From an uncultured Oscillospiraceae bacterium (GTDB lineage Bacteria > Bacillota > Clostridia > Oscillospirales > Oscillospiraceae), in assembly GCA_944387095.1 (NCBI GenBank), contig CALXDP010000011.1, forward strand, positions 12,430 through 76,429: a stretch of DNA of 64,000 bases, in the 5' to 3' direction. The position numbers were made by a program, and so were the translations under genes. The notes under the pieces were generated by a model, which was not told where the DNA came from, ran no database searches, and saw nothing but the letters and a program-made list of their open reading frames with translations. Below, piece by piece: positions 30,074 to 39,486 of the stretch. Within the stretch, counting starts at the first letter, position 1, and the number at the start of each line of letters is the position of its first letter.

Positions 30074-31354
30074 ATGACCGTGGGTCAACGCATTGCCCAG
30101 AAGCGCAAGGAGCTGGGCCTGTCCCAGGAGGCCCTGGGGGAACAGCTGGGGGTGTCCCGGCAGTCCATCTACAAGTGGGAATCAGACACGGTACTGCCCG
30201 AGGTGGAAAAGCTGGTCTCCCTCAGCCGTCTGTTCTCCGTCTCCGTGGGGTGGCTGCTGGGGGTGGAGGACGATCCCGATCCGGAACAGCTGGGGCAGTC
30301 CCCTGAGCTCACCGACGCCCAGCTGGCCATGGTCAAGGAGATCGTGGAGCAGTACCTGGCCGCCCTGCCCAAGCCGGAGCCTGAGCAGAAGGCCCCGCAG
30401 GAACCCCCTCCGGCCAGGCCCCGCCGCCGGTGGCCCCGGGTGCTGGCCGGGCTGGGGGCGGCGGCGCTGGTGGTGGCGCTGTTCAATCTTTTTGAGCGGT
30501 TGGACCGGGTGACCCAAAATTATCAGAGCCTGCAAAACGCTCTCAGCCATGTGCAGAACACCGTGGATCATCAGATCGGCTCCATCACCAACCGGGTGGA
30601 GGACATCCTCCAGAGCCAGAACCAGCTGACGGCGGAATATCACACCGAGTATCTCTCCAGCGACCTGGCCGCCAACACCGCCACCTTCTCGGTGTACGCC
30701 GTCCCCAAGACCTATGTGCCGGGGATGACCGCCGTGTTCCAGGCCCGCAGCGGGGAGGATACCGCCGAGCTGGCCGTGACGGAGCCGGACGGGAACAACG
30801 CCTTTTCCGGCACGATTACCTGCCCCCTCACCGACGGCATCACCCTGTCGGTGGTGTTCGTCACCGGGGACAAGGAGGAGACCCAGTGGCTGGAGGACTG
30901 GGATGGCCTCTATTCCAGCTCCTTCCCCATGCTCTTTTTCAGTTCCGGCGGGCTGTTCTTTGAGGAGGAGGAGGGCGTCCTCCCCGCTCAGACACCCCGG
31001 GACGGGATAGCGGTGGAGGACATGGACTTGTCCGATGGGAGCCCCTTATTGATCCAGGACATGGATCTTCAGATCGGCCTGTTCCGGGACAACAAGCTGC
31101 TGATGTGGTATGAAGAAGCCACCACGAATTGGAACATCGACGGCGTTCTCACCCCGATGCGGGTGTGGATCCGCCCCCGGGAGGTGGCCCTGGAGCCGGG
31201 ACACGAGTACACCGAAGCCATCGTATACACCGATGAGTACGGCCGCCAGCGGGTCTACCCCGATGCCCCCCTGGTCTATGACGAGACGGACGGGACCTGG
31301 AACGGACCGAGACAATACACCACAGAGAACGACCCCGACGCCTGGGAGTTCTGA
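30074..31354 (+). CDS. membrane-anchored XRE-family HTH protein with large extracytoplasmic domain
   Basis: HTH (GQRIAQKRKELGLSQEALGEQLGVSRQSIYKWE), a Pro-rich linker, one TM segment (VLAGLGAAALVVALF) and a ~280-aa C-terminal domain. GGAGG lies 8 nt upstream of the ATG at 30074. Confidence 0.7.
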   Translation: MTVGQRIAQKRKELGLSQEALGEQLGVSRQSIYKWESDTVLPEVEKLVSLSRLFSVSVGWLLGVEDDPDPEQLGQSPELTDAQLAMVKEIVEQYLAALPKPEPEQKAPQEPPPARPRRRWPRVLAGLGAAALVVALFNLFERLDRVTQNYQSLQNALSHVQNTVDHQIGSITNRVEDILQSQNQLTAEYHTEYLSSDLAANTATFSVYAVPKTYVPGMTAVFQARSGEDTAELAVTEPDGNNAFSGTITCPLTDGITLSVVFVTGDKEETQWLEDWDGLYSSSFPMLFFSSGGLFFEEEEGVLPAQTPRDGIAVEDMDLSDGSPLLIQDMDLQIGLFRDNKLLMWYEEATTNWNIDGVLTPMRVWIRPREVALEPGHEYTEAIVYTDEYGRQRVYPDAPLVYDETDGTWNGPRQYTTENDPDAWEF

Positions 31355-31431
31355 CCTCTTTGCCCCGCCGGGTGTCCCCCGGCGGGGATTTCCCCGTTTC
31401 GCCGGATTTTTTCCCGGTGGCCGACTTTCCC

Positions 31432-31460
31432 TTGACTTGCGGCGGGCGGGAACGTAAAAT
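31432..31460 (+). promoter_or_regulatory. putative sigma-A promoter of pyrG
   Basis: TTGACT, a 17-nt spacer and TAAAAT. Confidence 0.5.
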
Positions 31461-31552
31461 AATTAAGTTATCTGACATGAGAAAAACCGGCAGGGGCGGA
31501 CAAGGGCGTCCGGGGGCGAGGGAGCCAGGCCTGCCATGTGGGAGGAATCGTT

Positions 31553-33169
31553 ATGGCAACCGGCACGAAATTCATCTTTGTCACCGGCGGCGTGGTGTCC
31601 GGCCTGGGCAAGGGGATCACCGCCGCGTCTCTGGGCCGCCTGCTCAAGCAGCGGGGACTGCGGGTGCGGGTACAGAAGCTGGACCCCTATCTCAATGTGG
31701 ACCCGGGCACCATGAGCCCCTACCAGCATGGGGAGGTGTTCGTCACCGACGATGGGGCGGAGACCGACCTGGATCTGGGTCACTACGAGCGGTTCATCGA
31801 CGAGAATCTGACCTTCAACTCCTCGGTGTCCTCGGGCAAGGTGTACTGGAACGTCCTGAACCGGGAGCGGGCGGGGGACTACCTGGGGGGGACGGTGCAG
31901 ATCATCCCCCACATCACCAACGAGATCAAGCGCAACATCTACTCCCTGGAGGGGGAGGACACCGACGTGGCCATTGTGGAGATCGGCGGCACCGTGGGCG
32001 ACATCGAGTCCCAGCCCTTTCTGGAGGCCATCCGTCAGGTGGCCGCCGAGCGGGGGCGGCAGAACGTGATGTTCCTCCACGTCTCCCTCATCGTGTCCAT
32101 CCCCGGCTCCGGGGAGCTGAAGAGCAAGCCCACCCAGCACTCGGCCAAAGAGCTGCTGGGCCTGGGCATCCAGCCCGACGTCATCATGTGCCGCAGCGAT
32201 TCCCCCATCCCCCAGGACATCCTGGACAAGATCGCCCTGTTCTGCAACATCCCTGTGGACCACGCCATCCCCAACCTCACCGCCCCCATCCTCTACGAGG
32301 TGCCCCTGATGCTGGAGCGGGAGGGGCTGGCCGATGTGGTGGTGCGCCGGCTGGGCCTGATCTGCCACGCCCCCGACCTGACCGAGTGGGCCACCATGGT
32401 CCACCGGGCCAAACACGTCCACGGCACGGTGACCATCGCCCTGGTGGGCAAGTATGTGGCCCTCCACGACGCCTACCTATCGGTGGTGGAGGCCCTCACC
32501 CATGGCGGCATTGAGAACGACGTGAAGGTGGACATCCAGTGGGTGAACTCTGAGCTGGTCACCGACGGGAACGCCGCTGAAATCCTCTCCGGCGTCCAGG
32601 GCATTCTGGTGCCCGGCGGCTTTGGCGACCGGGGTGTCGAGGGGAAGATCTCCGCCATCCGGTACGCCCGGGAGCATAAGGTGCCCTTCCTGGGCATCTG
32701 CCTGGGGATGCAGATGGCGGTGGTGGAGTTTGCCCGCCATGTGTGCGGCATGGCGGACGCCCACTCCAGCGAGCTGGACCCCACCACCACCCACCCGGTC
32801 ATCGACCTGATGCCCGACCAGGTGGGGGTCACCGCCAAAGGGGGCACCATGCGCCTGGGCAGCTACCCCTGCCGTCTGAAGGAGGGCAGCTTGGCCGCCC
32901 AGGTCTACAGCGGCCTGGAAATCCAGGAGCGCCACCGCCACCGCTACGAGTTCAACAACGACTACCGGGAGGCGCTCACCGCCGCGGGTCTGTCCCTGTC
33001 CGGCCTGTCCCCCGATGGGCACCTGGTGGAAATCGTCGAGCTGCCCGGCCATCCCTGGTTCGTGGCGGGCCAGTTCCACCCGGAGCTGAAAAGCCGGCCC
33101 AACCGGGCCCACCCCCTGTTCCGGGGTTTTATCAGCGCAGCCAAGGAGTTTGAACGCCAGCAGGCATGA
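31553..33169 (+). CDS. pyrG: CTP synthase
   Basis: [17 protein letters not shown]-terminus and the GATase site [11 protein letters not shown] follows GGGAGGA. Confidence 0.95.
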   Translation: MATGTKFIFVTGGVVSGLGKGITAASLGRLLKQRGLRVRVQKLDPYLNVDPGTMSPYQHGEVFVTDDGAETDLDLGHYERFIDENLTFNSSVSSGKVYWNVLNRERAGDYLGGTVQIIPHITNEIKRNIYSLEGEDTDVAIVEIGGTVGDIESQPFLEAIRQVAAERGRQNVMFLHVSLIVSIPGSGELKSKPTQHSAKELLGLGIQPDVIMCRSDSPIPQDILDKIALFCNIPVDHAIPNLTAPILYEVPLMLEREGLADVVVRRLGLICHAPDLTEWATMVHRAKHVHGTVTIALVGKYVALHDAYLSVVEALTHGGIENDVKVDIQWVNSELVTDGNAAEILSGVQGILVPGGFGDRGVEGKISAIRYAREHKVPFLGICLGMQMAVVEFARHVCGMADAHSSELDPTTTHPVIDLMPDQVGVTAKGGTMRLGSYPCRLKEGSLAAQVYSGLEIQERHRHRYEFNNDYREALTAAGLSLSGLSPDGHLVEIVELPGHPWFVAGQFHPELKSRPNRAHPLFRGFISAAKEFERQQA

Positions 33170-33258
33170 GCAGCGCTTGCCGGCTTTTCGCCATCTCCGG
33201 CGGTTCCCCGCAGGGGGAGCCGGAGGGCCTTGAAAAAACGGATGCGGCGCCAGCCGCT

Positions 33259-33333
33259 GTCCGGCCCAACCGGGCCCATCCCTTGTTCCGGGGTTTTGTC
33301 GGCGCGGCCAAGGAGTACGGCAAAGCCAACTGA
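33259..33333 (+). pseudogene. degenerate second copy of the pyrG 3' coding end
   Basis: Translates [24 protein letters not shown]. The true end is [25 protein letters not shown]. It lies 90 nt downstream of the real stop. Confidence 0.75.
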
Positions 33334-33343
33334 TTTCCTCGAA

Positions 33344-33360
33344 TTTAAGTTAAGTGTTGC
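33344..33360. repeat. left terminal inverted repeat
   Basis: TTTAAGTTAAGTGTTGC. Confidence 0.6.
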
Positions 33361-33558
33361 CGGCTAAAACATCGAATAAATATGTATCATATGTAAAAAT
33401 AGTGAATGGCGCTGGCTTTTTGCTGGCGCTATTCCCCCTTTGCCACTTTAGATATGTTTCCTGTCTTGTTTTATGCATTTCTATTTGAAAAACTATCAAA
33501 CCAATGGCATGATGCAGGGGCCCAGAGGTCAACTAACTTCTGGACCTTTCTTTACACC

Positions 33559-33587
33559 TTGCAAGTTTAGGGCAAAAATGCTATACT
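33559..33587 (+). promoter_or_regulatory. putative promoter of the cassette gene
   Basis: TTGCAA, a 17-nt spacer and TATACT. Confidence 0.5.
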
Positions 33588-33643
33588 AAATTCGCAAAAA
33601 TCGCAATTGCCCTTATGCTTAAAACATACATTGGGAGGATACT

Positions 33644-34120
33644 ATGGCGAACTACGAATTGCAGCCTGAAGAAGTTGTCCTGTATGAAGGTGCAGTTACT
33701 TGCAAAGCATACAAGGGCAATTTGCTGATGGCGTTGACTTCGAAGAAGGTGATTTTTGAGAAGGAGAAGGGACTGTTCAAGAAAGAGCGTGAACTAGTTG
33801 ATACAATCCCGCTTGAAAGTGTCAAGTTCTATAATGATGCCGCTCAAATTAAGCAGAAGGGCTATGAGGTCGAAGTACAGACAGTATATAAGAACCTCAC
33901 AATCATATTTTCTGGTATGCTTGAAGCCAGAAAGTTTACTGGAAAGATTGTCGACGCAGTAACGGGGACTACGCTTGCAAAGCGAAGCTCTAATAAAATC
34001 AAAGATGCCTTCAACATGGTTGATGATACCTTGGGTTTAGATACAAGAGGAACTATCAAGGGTGTACTTGAGAAAGGCGTTAAAGGTACTATCTTAAATG
34101 GTATAGGAAAGAAAAAGTAA
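33644..34120 (+). CDS. bacterial PH-like (YokE/GRAM-like) domain protein with Lys/Gly-rich tail
   Basis: 158 aa. The pattern EEVVLYEGAV...GNLLMALTSKKVIFEKEKG resembles bacterial PH (bPH) domains. GGGAGG lies 7 nt upstream. The call rests on pattern resemblance only. Confidence 0.5.
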   Translation: MANYELQPEEVVLYEGAVTCKAYKGNLLMALTSKKVIFEKEKGLFKKERELVDTIPLESVKFYNDAAQIKQKGYEVEVQTVYKNLTIIFSGMLEARKFTGKIVDAVTGTTLAKRSSNKIKDAFNMVDDTLGLDTRGTIKGVLEKGVKGTILNGIGKKK

Positions 34121-34138
34121 ATATTTCTGAGAATACCA

Positions 34139-34171
34139 GAGGCTCCACCCGATAAGGATGGAGCCTTTTTA
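34139..34171 (+). terminator. intrinsic terminator of the cassette gene
   Basis: Stem ggctcca...tggagcc followed by TTTTT. Confidence 0.65.
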
Positions 34172-34220
34172 TGTCCCCCTAATAAATGTTTCTACATTAG
34201 GATTGTTGGGGTAAGCTTTA

Positions 34221-34237
34221 GTAACACTTAACTTAAA
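34221..34237. repeat. right terminal inverted repeat
   Basis: GTAACACTTAACTTAAA. Confidence 0.6.
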
Positions 34238-34374
34238 AGGGAGTTTCTTTTTTCCGCTGTGCTTCATGGGAAGCTCAACTCGCTTTCACCGCAAGCATCC
34301 CCCAAAACCCGCAAATCTGTATGGAAACAGCCAAAATATTCCGAAACTCTTAAATTCTCTCTGTCGGCCGTCCC

Positions 34375-35865
34375 TCACTTGTGAAACAGCTGATTGGTCT
34401 GATACTGAGGGGAGCAGGTCAGGCGCAGGCCCAGCCGGGAGTAGATGCCGCTGTCCACGGCGGAGAGGATCACCGAGGAGTGGGCCTCGCAGTCCCGCAG
34501 AGCGGACAGGCTGTCCAGCGCCTTGGCCGCCAGTGGGTCGGTGGCGGCGGAGATGGCCAGGGCGATGAGAATCTCATCGCTGTGCAGCCTGGGGTTGTGG
34601 CTGCCCAGGTGGTTGACCTTGACGGACTGGATGGGCTCGATGGCCGAGGGGGAGATGAGGTGTGCGCGCTTGTCAATGTCCGCCAGCCGCTTCAGGGCAT
34701 TGAGCAGGGCCGCCGAGGACGCCCCCATCAGCGCCCCGGTCTTTCCGGTGACAATCTCCCCGCCGGGCAGCTGGATGGCCACGGCAGGTTCCCCGGTCTC
34801 CTCCGCCCGGGCGGTGGCCGCAGCGATCACCGGGCGCAGCTCCTCGGCGACCTCCGCCTGTTTCATCAGCAGCTCCAGCTTGAACACGATCTCGTCGCTG
34901 CCCTGCCCCCGGCGGCGGTCACACAGGGCGGTGTAGTACCGGCGCAGAATCTCCTGCCGGGCGGCGGCGCACACCGACTCGTCGTCCACGATGCAGCTGC
35001 CCGCCATGTTCACCCCCATGTCGGTGGGGGACCGGTAGGGACTCTCCCCGCCGGTGATCTTCTCGAACATGGCCGCCAGCACGGGGAACACCTCCACATC
35101 CCGGTTGTAGTTCACCGTGGTCTCCCCATAGGCCTGCAGGTGGAAGGGATCAATCATATTCACGTCGTTCAGGTCAGCGGTGGCTGCCTCATAGGCCAGG
35201 TTTACCGGATGGTTCAGCGGCAGGTTCCAGATGGGGAAGGTTTCAAACTTGGCGTAGCCCGCCTTCACCCCCCGGCGGTAGTGGTGGTAGAGCTGGCTCA
35301 GGCAGGTGGCCATCTTTCCGGATCCCGGCCCCGGCCCGGTGACCACCACCAGGGGCCGGGCAGTCTCGATGTAGTCGTTCTTCCCATATCCCGCATCGGA
35401 GACGATGTGGGCGATGTCGTGGGGATAGCCGGCGATGGGGTAGTGCAGGTACACCTTCACCCCCAGCTCCTCCAGCCGCCGTTTGAAGGCGTCCGCCGCG
35501 CTCTGCCCGGCATACTGGGTGATGGTGACGCTGCCCACATACAGCCCCTCCTCCCGGAAGGCGTCCACCAGCCGCAGCACATCCTCATCATAGGTGATAC
35601 CCAGGTCTCCTCGCACCTTGTTCTGCTCGATGGCGGCGGCGTTGATGACCACCACCACCTCCACGCTATCCCGCAGTTCCAGCAGCATGCGGATCTTGCT
35701 GTCCGGGGCGAAGCCCGGCAGCACCCGGGCAGCGTGGTAGTCGTCAAAGAGCTTGCCGCCGAACTCCAGGTACAGCTTGCCGCCGAACTGGGCGATCCGC
35801 TCCCGGATGCGGGCCGACTGGGTGTCCAGATATTTCTGGTTGTCAAATCCGATCTCTCTTGCCAT
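34375..35865 (-). CDS. DUF1846 (UPF0371) family protein
   Basis: The N-terminus MAREIGFDNQKYLDTQSARIRERI...KLYLEFGGKLFDDYHAARVLPGF is characteristic of DUF1846. Confidence 0.8.
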   Translation of the reverse strand: MAREIGFDNQKYLDTQSARIRERIAQFGGKLYLEFGGKLFDDYHAARVLPGFAPDSKIRMLLELRDSVEVVVVINAAAIEQNKVRGDLGITYDEDVLRLVDAFREEGLYVGSVTITQYAGQSAADAFKRRLEELGVKVYLHYPIAGYPHDIAHIVSDAGYGKNDYIETARPLVVVTGPGPGSGKMATCLSQLYHHYRRGVKAGYAKFETFPIWNLPLNHPVNLAYEAATADLNDVNMIDPFHLQAYGETTVNYNRDVEVFPVLAAMFEKITGGESPYRSPTDMGVNMAGSCIVDDESVCAAARQEILRRYYTALCDRRRGQGSDEIVFKLELLMKQAEVAEELRPVIAAATARAEETGEPAVAIQLPGGEIVTGKTGALMGASSAALLNALKRLADIDKRAHLISPSAIEPIQSVKVNHLGSHNPRLHSDEILIALAISAATDPLAAKALDSLSALRDCEAHSSVILSAVDSGIYSRLGLRLTCSPQYQTNQLFHK

Positions 35866-36276
35866 GCGATCTGTCGGCGCCGGAATCTTCCGGCGCCACC
35901 CCCTCTCTCCTCATTCCTCAAAATTTTACCACAGCTGCCGGGATGGGACAAGGGGTTTTCTCCCAGGCATATAAAAAGGCGGCCCCCGGCAGGGACGCGA
36001 CCTGGAGTGTCTCTCCTCGCAGCATAGCCGCAGGGGCCTGCGCCAAACCTGTGCCGACGGCACAGGTTCTTCACGCCGCGGCGTCAAAAAGGCACTTCTC
36101 AGCCCACAAATGCGCAGGCGGTTCGCCCTGGGGCCCCGTACAAACCCAGCCCAACGGTTTACGCGGGGAGAGGCAGCGCAAGGAAGCGCACGCAGTTTTC
36201 GCCGGCAGGCGGAGCCGGAGAGAAGCGAACTTTGCACCGGCAAAGTGTGCTGGGGCAGACCGCTTTTCCGCAGCAG

Positions 36277-36311
36277 AAAGCCTGCCTTTTACGTGAAAAG
36301 GCAGGCTTTTT
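36277..36311 (-). terminator. hairpin terminator downstream of rpsR (symmetric, could act in both directions)
   Basis: Stem aaagcctgcctttt / aaaaggcaggcttt. Confidence 0.55.
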
Positions 36312-36326
36312 CAAATAGAACAGATT

Positions 36327-36569
36327 TTAATCGGTCACATAGGGCAACAGGGCCACATAGCGGGCCCGCTTGATGGCCTCGGTCAGCTGGCGCTGATGCA
36401 TGGCGCAGGTGCCGGTGGTGCGGCGGGGCAGAATCTTGGACCGCTCGGACAGGTACCGCTTGAGCTTGGCCGCGTCCTTGTAGTCGATGTGTTCCACCTT
36501 GTCCACGCAGAAGGCGCAGACCTTGCGGCGCTTGCGGTTGCCGCGGGGCTTCCCATTATCCATAGCCAT
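36327..36569 (-). CDS. rpsR: 30S ribosomal protein S18
   Basis: [10 protein letters not shown]...IDYKD...[15 protein letters not shown] is the canonical S18 sequence. Confidence 0.95.
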   Translation of the reverse strand: MAMDNGKPRGNRKRRKVCAFCVDKVEHIDYKDAAKLKRYLSERSKILPRRTTGTCAMHQRQLTEAIKRARYVALLPYVTD

Positions 36570-36602
36570 GATGGCAAAACCTCCTTATTGGGCTCCTTCC
36601 GG

Positions 36603-37055
36603 TCAGAAGGGCAGATCGCCGTCGTCATCGGCAAGCTCGGCAAACTGGTCCTCGTTGCCGGAGGGGATACCGTAGTCGACAGGCGCGGGAGCGGCGGGCC
36701 GGGCAAAGCTGCCCCCGCCGCTGTCGCCGTCCCGCTTGGAGTCGCCGAAGTAGATGTTCTCGGCAATGACCTCCGCAGAGCGGCGCTTGCCACCTTCCCG
36801 ATCGGTCCAGTCCCGGATCTGGAGGCGGCCCTCCACCACGGCCATGCGGCCCTTGGTGAAGTATTTGGAGACGAATTCCGCGGTGGCGCGCCAGGCCACG
36901 ATGTCAATGAAATCCGTGGCCCGCTCGCCGCCGTCGCGGCTTTTGAAATCCCGGTCCACCGCCAGTGAGAAGGAGGCCACGGGGGTCCCCGTCTGGGTGT
37001 GGCGCAGCTCGGGATCACGGGTCAGCCGACCCATGAGAATGATGCGGTTGAGCAT
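36603..37055 (-). CDS. ssb: single-stranded DNA-binding protein
   Basis: MLNRIILMGRLTRDPELR OB-fold start and the acidic tip DDDGDLPF. ATG at 37055 follows GAGGAGGGAAGGG. Confidence 0.95.
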   Translation of the reverse strand: MLNRIILMGRLTRDPELRHTQTGTPVASFSLAVDRDFKSRDGGERATDFIDIVAWRATAEFVSKYFTKGRMAVVEGRLQIRDWTDREGGKRRSAEVIAENIYFGDSKRDGDSGGGSFARPAAPAPVDYGIPSGNEDQFAELADDDGDLPF

Positions 37056-37069
37056 GTTCCCTTCCCTCC

Positions 37070-37366
37070 TCACACGTCCTTGCTGACGAGGATGGAGCGC
37101 ATGATGCCGGTGTTGATGCGCATCAGACGGTCCAGCTCCGCAGGGAAGGCGGGGTCGGCGGTGAAGGTCATCAGGACGTAGTAGCCCTCGTCCAGGTCAT
37201 TGATGAGATAGGCCAGCTTGCGCTTGCCCCACTCCTCCACCTCAGTGACTGTGCCGCGGCTCTCGGCCAGCTCCTTGAAACGGGCCACCAGAGCGGCGGT
37301 CTCCTCCTCGCCCAGGGTGGGGTTGATCACGTACAGCACTTCGTAGTTGCCGGTCAGTTTTGCCAT
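37070..37366 (-). CDS. rpsF: 30S ribosomal protein S6
   Basis: YEVLYVINP...EEWGKRKLAY is the canonical S6 sequence. Confidence 0.95.
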   Translation of the reverse strand: MAKLTGNYEVLYVINPTLGEEETAALVARFKELAESRGTVTEVEEWGKRKLAYLINDLDEGYYVLMTFTADPAFPAELDRLMRINTGIMRSILVSKDV

Positions 37367-37488
37367 TTTCTTTGCACCTCCTTTTGGACATATGGCCTCC
37401 GGTCTCCTGCCGGAGGCAAGGATGTCGCTGCCGCCTGTTTATGAAGCGGCAGGCTAAATTATTATAGCTGAATTTCCCCGTTTGTCAA
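37367..37488 (-). promoter_or_regulatory. rpsF promoter and structured leader (S6:S18-type autoregulatory leader candidate)
   Basis: On the minus strand, TTGACA (37483-37488), a 16-nt spacer and TATAAT (37461-37466). Hairpin gcctccgg...ccggaggc (37395-37417) lies just upstream of the SD. Confidence 0.55.
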
Positions 37489-37610
37489 GGCTTTGTTCCA
37501 TATTTTCTTCAATCGGGACAGATTTTTCCCCTTTTCTCCCTTGCCCTTGCCTTTCCGGCCTGGAGCGGGTATGATAATGAGGCTGAAACCACTCCACCGG
37601 AGGCGCCCCT

Positions 37611-38126
37611 ATGTCAAACCAACCGCAGCTGGACCAACTTCTCGCCCAGGTCATCGCTCAGGCCAAAGCGCTGGGCATCCCCGTCTCCCCCCACATCTCC
37701 CCGCGGGTGCAGATCAACCGCCGGGCCAAAACCCGGTTGGGCTGCTGTCGCGCCACCCAGTCGGGCCATACCATCGAGGTGGCCGCCGTCCTGTGCGACG
37801 CCGGAGAGGCCGCCATCCGCCAGGTGTTGGCCCACGAGGTGCTCCACACCTGCCCCGGCTGCGCCAACCACGGTCCCCGGTGGCGGGGCTGGGCCCAGCG
37901 GATGAATGCAGCCTGGGGCTACCGCATTCAGCGCACCGACAGCTATCAGGCCCTGGGGCTGAGGGATCCCCGCCCGGTGCACTACCTGGTGGTCTGTCAG
38001 TCCTGCGGCCATCAGATCCCCCGGATGAAGCGCTCCCCCCTGGTAGATCATCCGGAGCGGTTCCGCTGCCGGTGCGGCGGCAGGCTTCAGGTCTTTCCTT
38101 GCGGCGGGAACACTGACCCCACCTGA
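37611..38126 (+). CDS. SprT-like zinc metallopeptidase-domain protein with C-terminal zinc ribbon
   Basis: HEVLH motif and CQSCGH...CRCGG cysteine pairs. Confidence 0.7.
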   Translation: MSNQPQLDQLLAQVIAQAKALGIPVSPHISPRVQINRRAKTRLGCCRATQSGHTIEVAAVLCDAGEAAIRQVLAHEVLHTCPGCANHGPRWRGWAQRMNAAWGYRIQRTDSYQALGLRDPRPVHYLVVCQSCGHQIPRMKRSPLVDHPERFRCRCGGRLQVFPCGGNTDPT

Positions 38127-38294
38127 GCGTTTACCGCCCGCCCCGTTTGCCGCAGCCGGGCGGCCACCTCCTTTTTGCAGGGCCCACGCCAGAATTCGTC
38201 ATTTTTCTGACGATATTTCACCACCACTCCCAAGTGAACAAATGCAATCTTGATGTAAAAATCGTCGTGTTGCAATGGTTTGATACGACAACAT

Positions 38295-38320
38295 CCGGTG
38301 AACAAAAAATTGTTCACCGG
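38295..38320. terminator. perfect 11-bp hairpin in the AT-rich spacer between convergent genes
   Basis: ccggtgaacaa aaaa ttgttcaccgg. No strong U-tract on either strand. Confidence 0.35.
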
Positions 38321-38440
38321 ATATTGTTTACTTTCCTGCGGTTTCGCCCCAAAATCTTGTGCAGGTTTTCCTTCAAAACCCCTTTGACGTACCGCATAAT
38401 AGGGGATATACTGACGCACATTGAGAACAGTTATTTTCTC

Positions 38441-39343
38441 TCATGGATCTGGCCGCAGCAAGATCCGGTGGTCTCGCTCCGGGTCATAGTCCAGGGACAT
38501 CAGTTCCATGGCCACCTCCACCGCAGCTGCTGCCCGGGCGCGGTTGGGCACCGGAATGACCGTCAGCCCCGGGGGGAACAGCCCGTCCTCTCCCAGGGCG
38601 GAGATGACCGCCAGATCCTCCGCCGGGAAGTACCGGCAGGCCTTCACGGCCAGCAGATCTCCCACCACTACGCCCTTCCGGCCCCGGTGAGCCTCCAGGA
38701 AGGGGCGCAAATCCCGGCCCACATAGATGAATACATCCTCCGCCGGCGTGGTCCCCGTGAGGCCCTGGAGCAGCGCCCCGCTGCGCATCCCCTCCAGCAG
38801 GAGGAAGGGTTTAGGTTCTCCCAGCAGGTCGGCCGCCCGCCGCAGCAGGGACGGATAGTCGGGCAGCACCTTATAATAGAGGGGGTCGTTGTTGTCGCTG
38901 TCCACAAAGATGATGGGCTGCACGCAGGGGGGATCCAGATGGGCCACCGCGCCGCTTCCCCGGTCCAGCATAAACAGCAGCCCCGGAGAAAGCGCCTGGA
39001 TCTGCCGCCACCGCTGGGGCAGGCTGTCCCCCTCCAGGATGCAGGCATCCAGCCCCCGGGCGGCCAGCTGGCCGGCCAGCTCGCTGGCCAGGTCCATCAG
39101 GGCTACCCGGCGTCCCAACGACTGCCCGGGCAGCGTACTGACCAGGATGACCACCCGCCCGGGCCTGCTCCTGGCAGCTCGGGCCGGGGAGTAGTTCAGC
39201 CGTTTGGCCGTGGCGATCACCTTCAGCCTGGTGGCGCTGCTGATCTTGGCCCCGCCAGAGTGATTCAGAGCATAGGATACCGTGGCCACGCTGCAGCCGC
39301 ACGCCTTGGCGATCTCCCGCATGGACACTCGCTTTTTCTCCAT
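38441..39343 (-). CDS. LacI-family transcriptional regulator
   Basis: N-terminal HTH VSMREIAKACGCSVATVSYALN plus a periplasmic-binding-like core. Divergent from glgP. Confidence 0.8.
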   Translation of the reverse strand: MEKKRVSMREIAKACGCSVATVSYALNHSGGAKISSATRLKVIATAKRLNYSPARAARSRPGRVVILVSTLPGQSLGRRVALMDLASELAGQLAARGLDACILEGDSLPQRWRQIQALSPGLLFMLDRGSGAVAHLDPPCVQPIIFVDSDNNDPLYYKVLPDYPSLLRRAADLLGEPKPFLLLEGMRSGALLQGLTGTTPAEDVFIYVGRDLRPFLEAHRGRKGVVVGDLLAVKACRYFPAEDLAVISALGEDGLFPPGLTVIPVPNRARAAAAVEVAMELMSLDYDPERDHRILLRPDP

Positions 39344-39486
39344 ATTGTTCCCCCACCTCTCCCGTGGCAGCCTCATCCCTGTCCGCCGCAATCTCTGGAT
39401 CCCTGCCGGTCGATTCTATCATAACAGACTTTTCCCCCCAGGGAAAGTAAAATTCTCTGCTTTCCCCTTTAGAAAGGAGATTTTTT

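Larger units (their letters stand above)
33344..34237. mobile_element. 894-bp AT-rich cassette bounded by 17-nt terminal inverted repeats, carrying one gene and no transposase
   Basis: TTTAAGTTAAGTGTTGC at 33344-33360 matches the reverse complement of 34221-34237 (TTTAAGTTAAGTGTTAC) at 16 of 17 positions. There is a sharp composition drop relative to the flanks, and the cassette has its own promoter and terminator. Confidence 0.55.

Noticed and set aside
33350-33532. 60-aa minus-strand ORF inside the TIR cassette
   Set aside because: It has no SD and overlaps the cassette's promoter-proximal AT-rich region. The sequence looks random.
38385-38412. Promoter-like TTGACG-17-TATACT on the plus strand
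   Set aside because: It points into the 3' end of the convergent LacI gene, with no downstream ORF. It is probably a chance match in AT-rich spacer.
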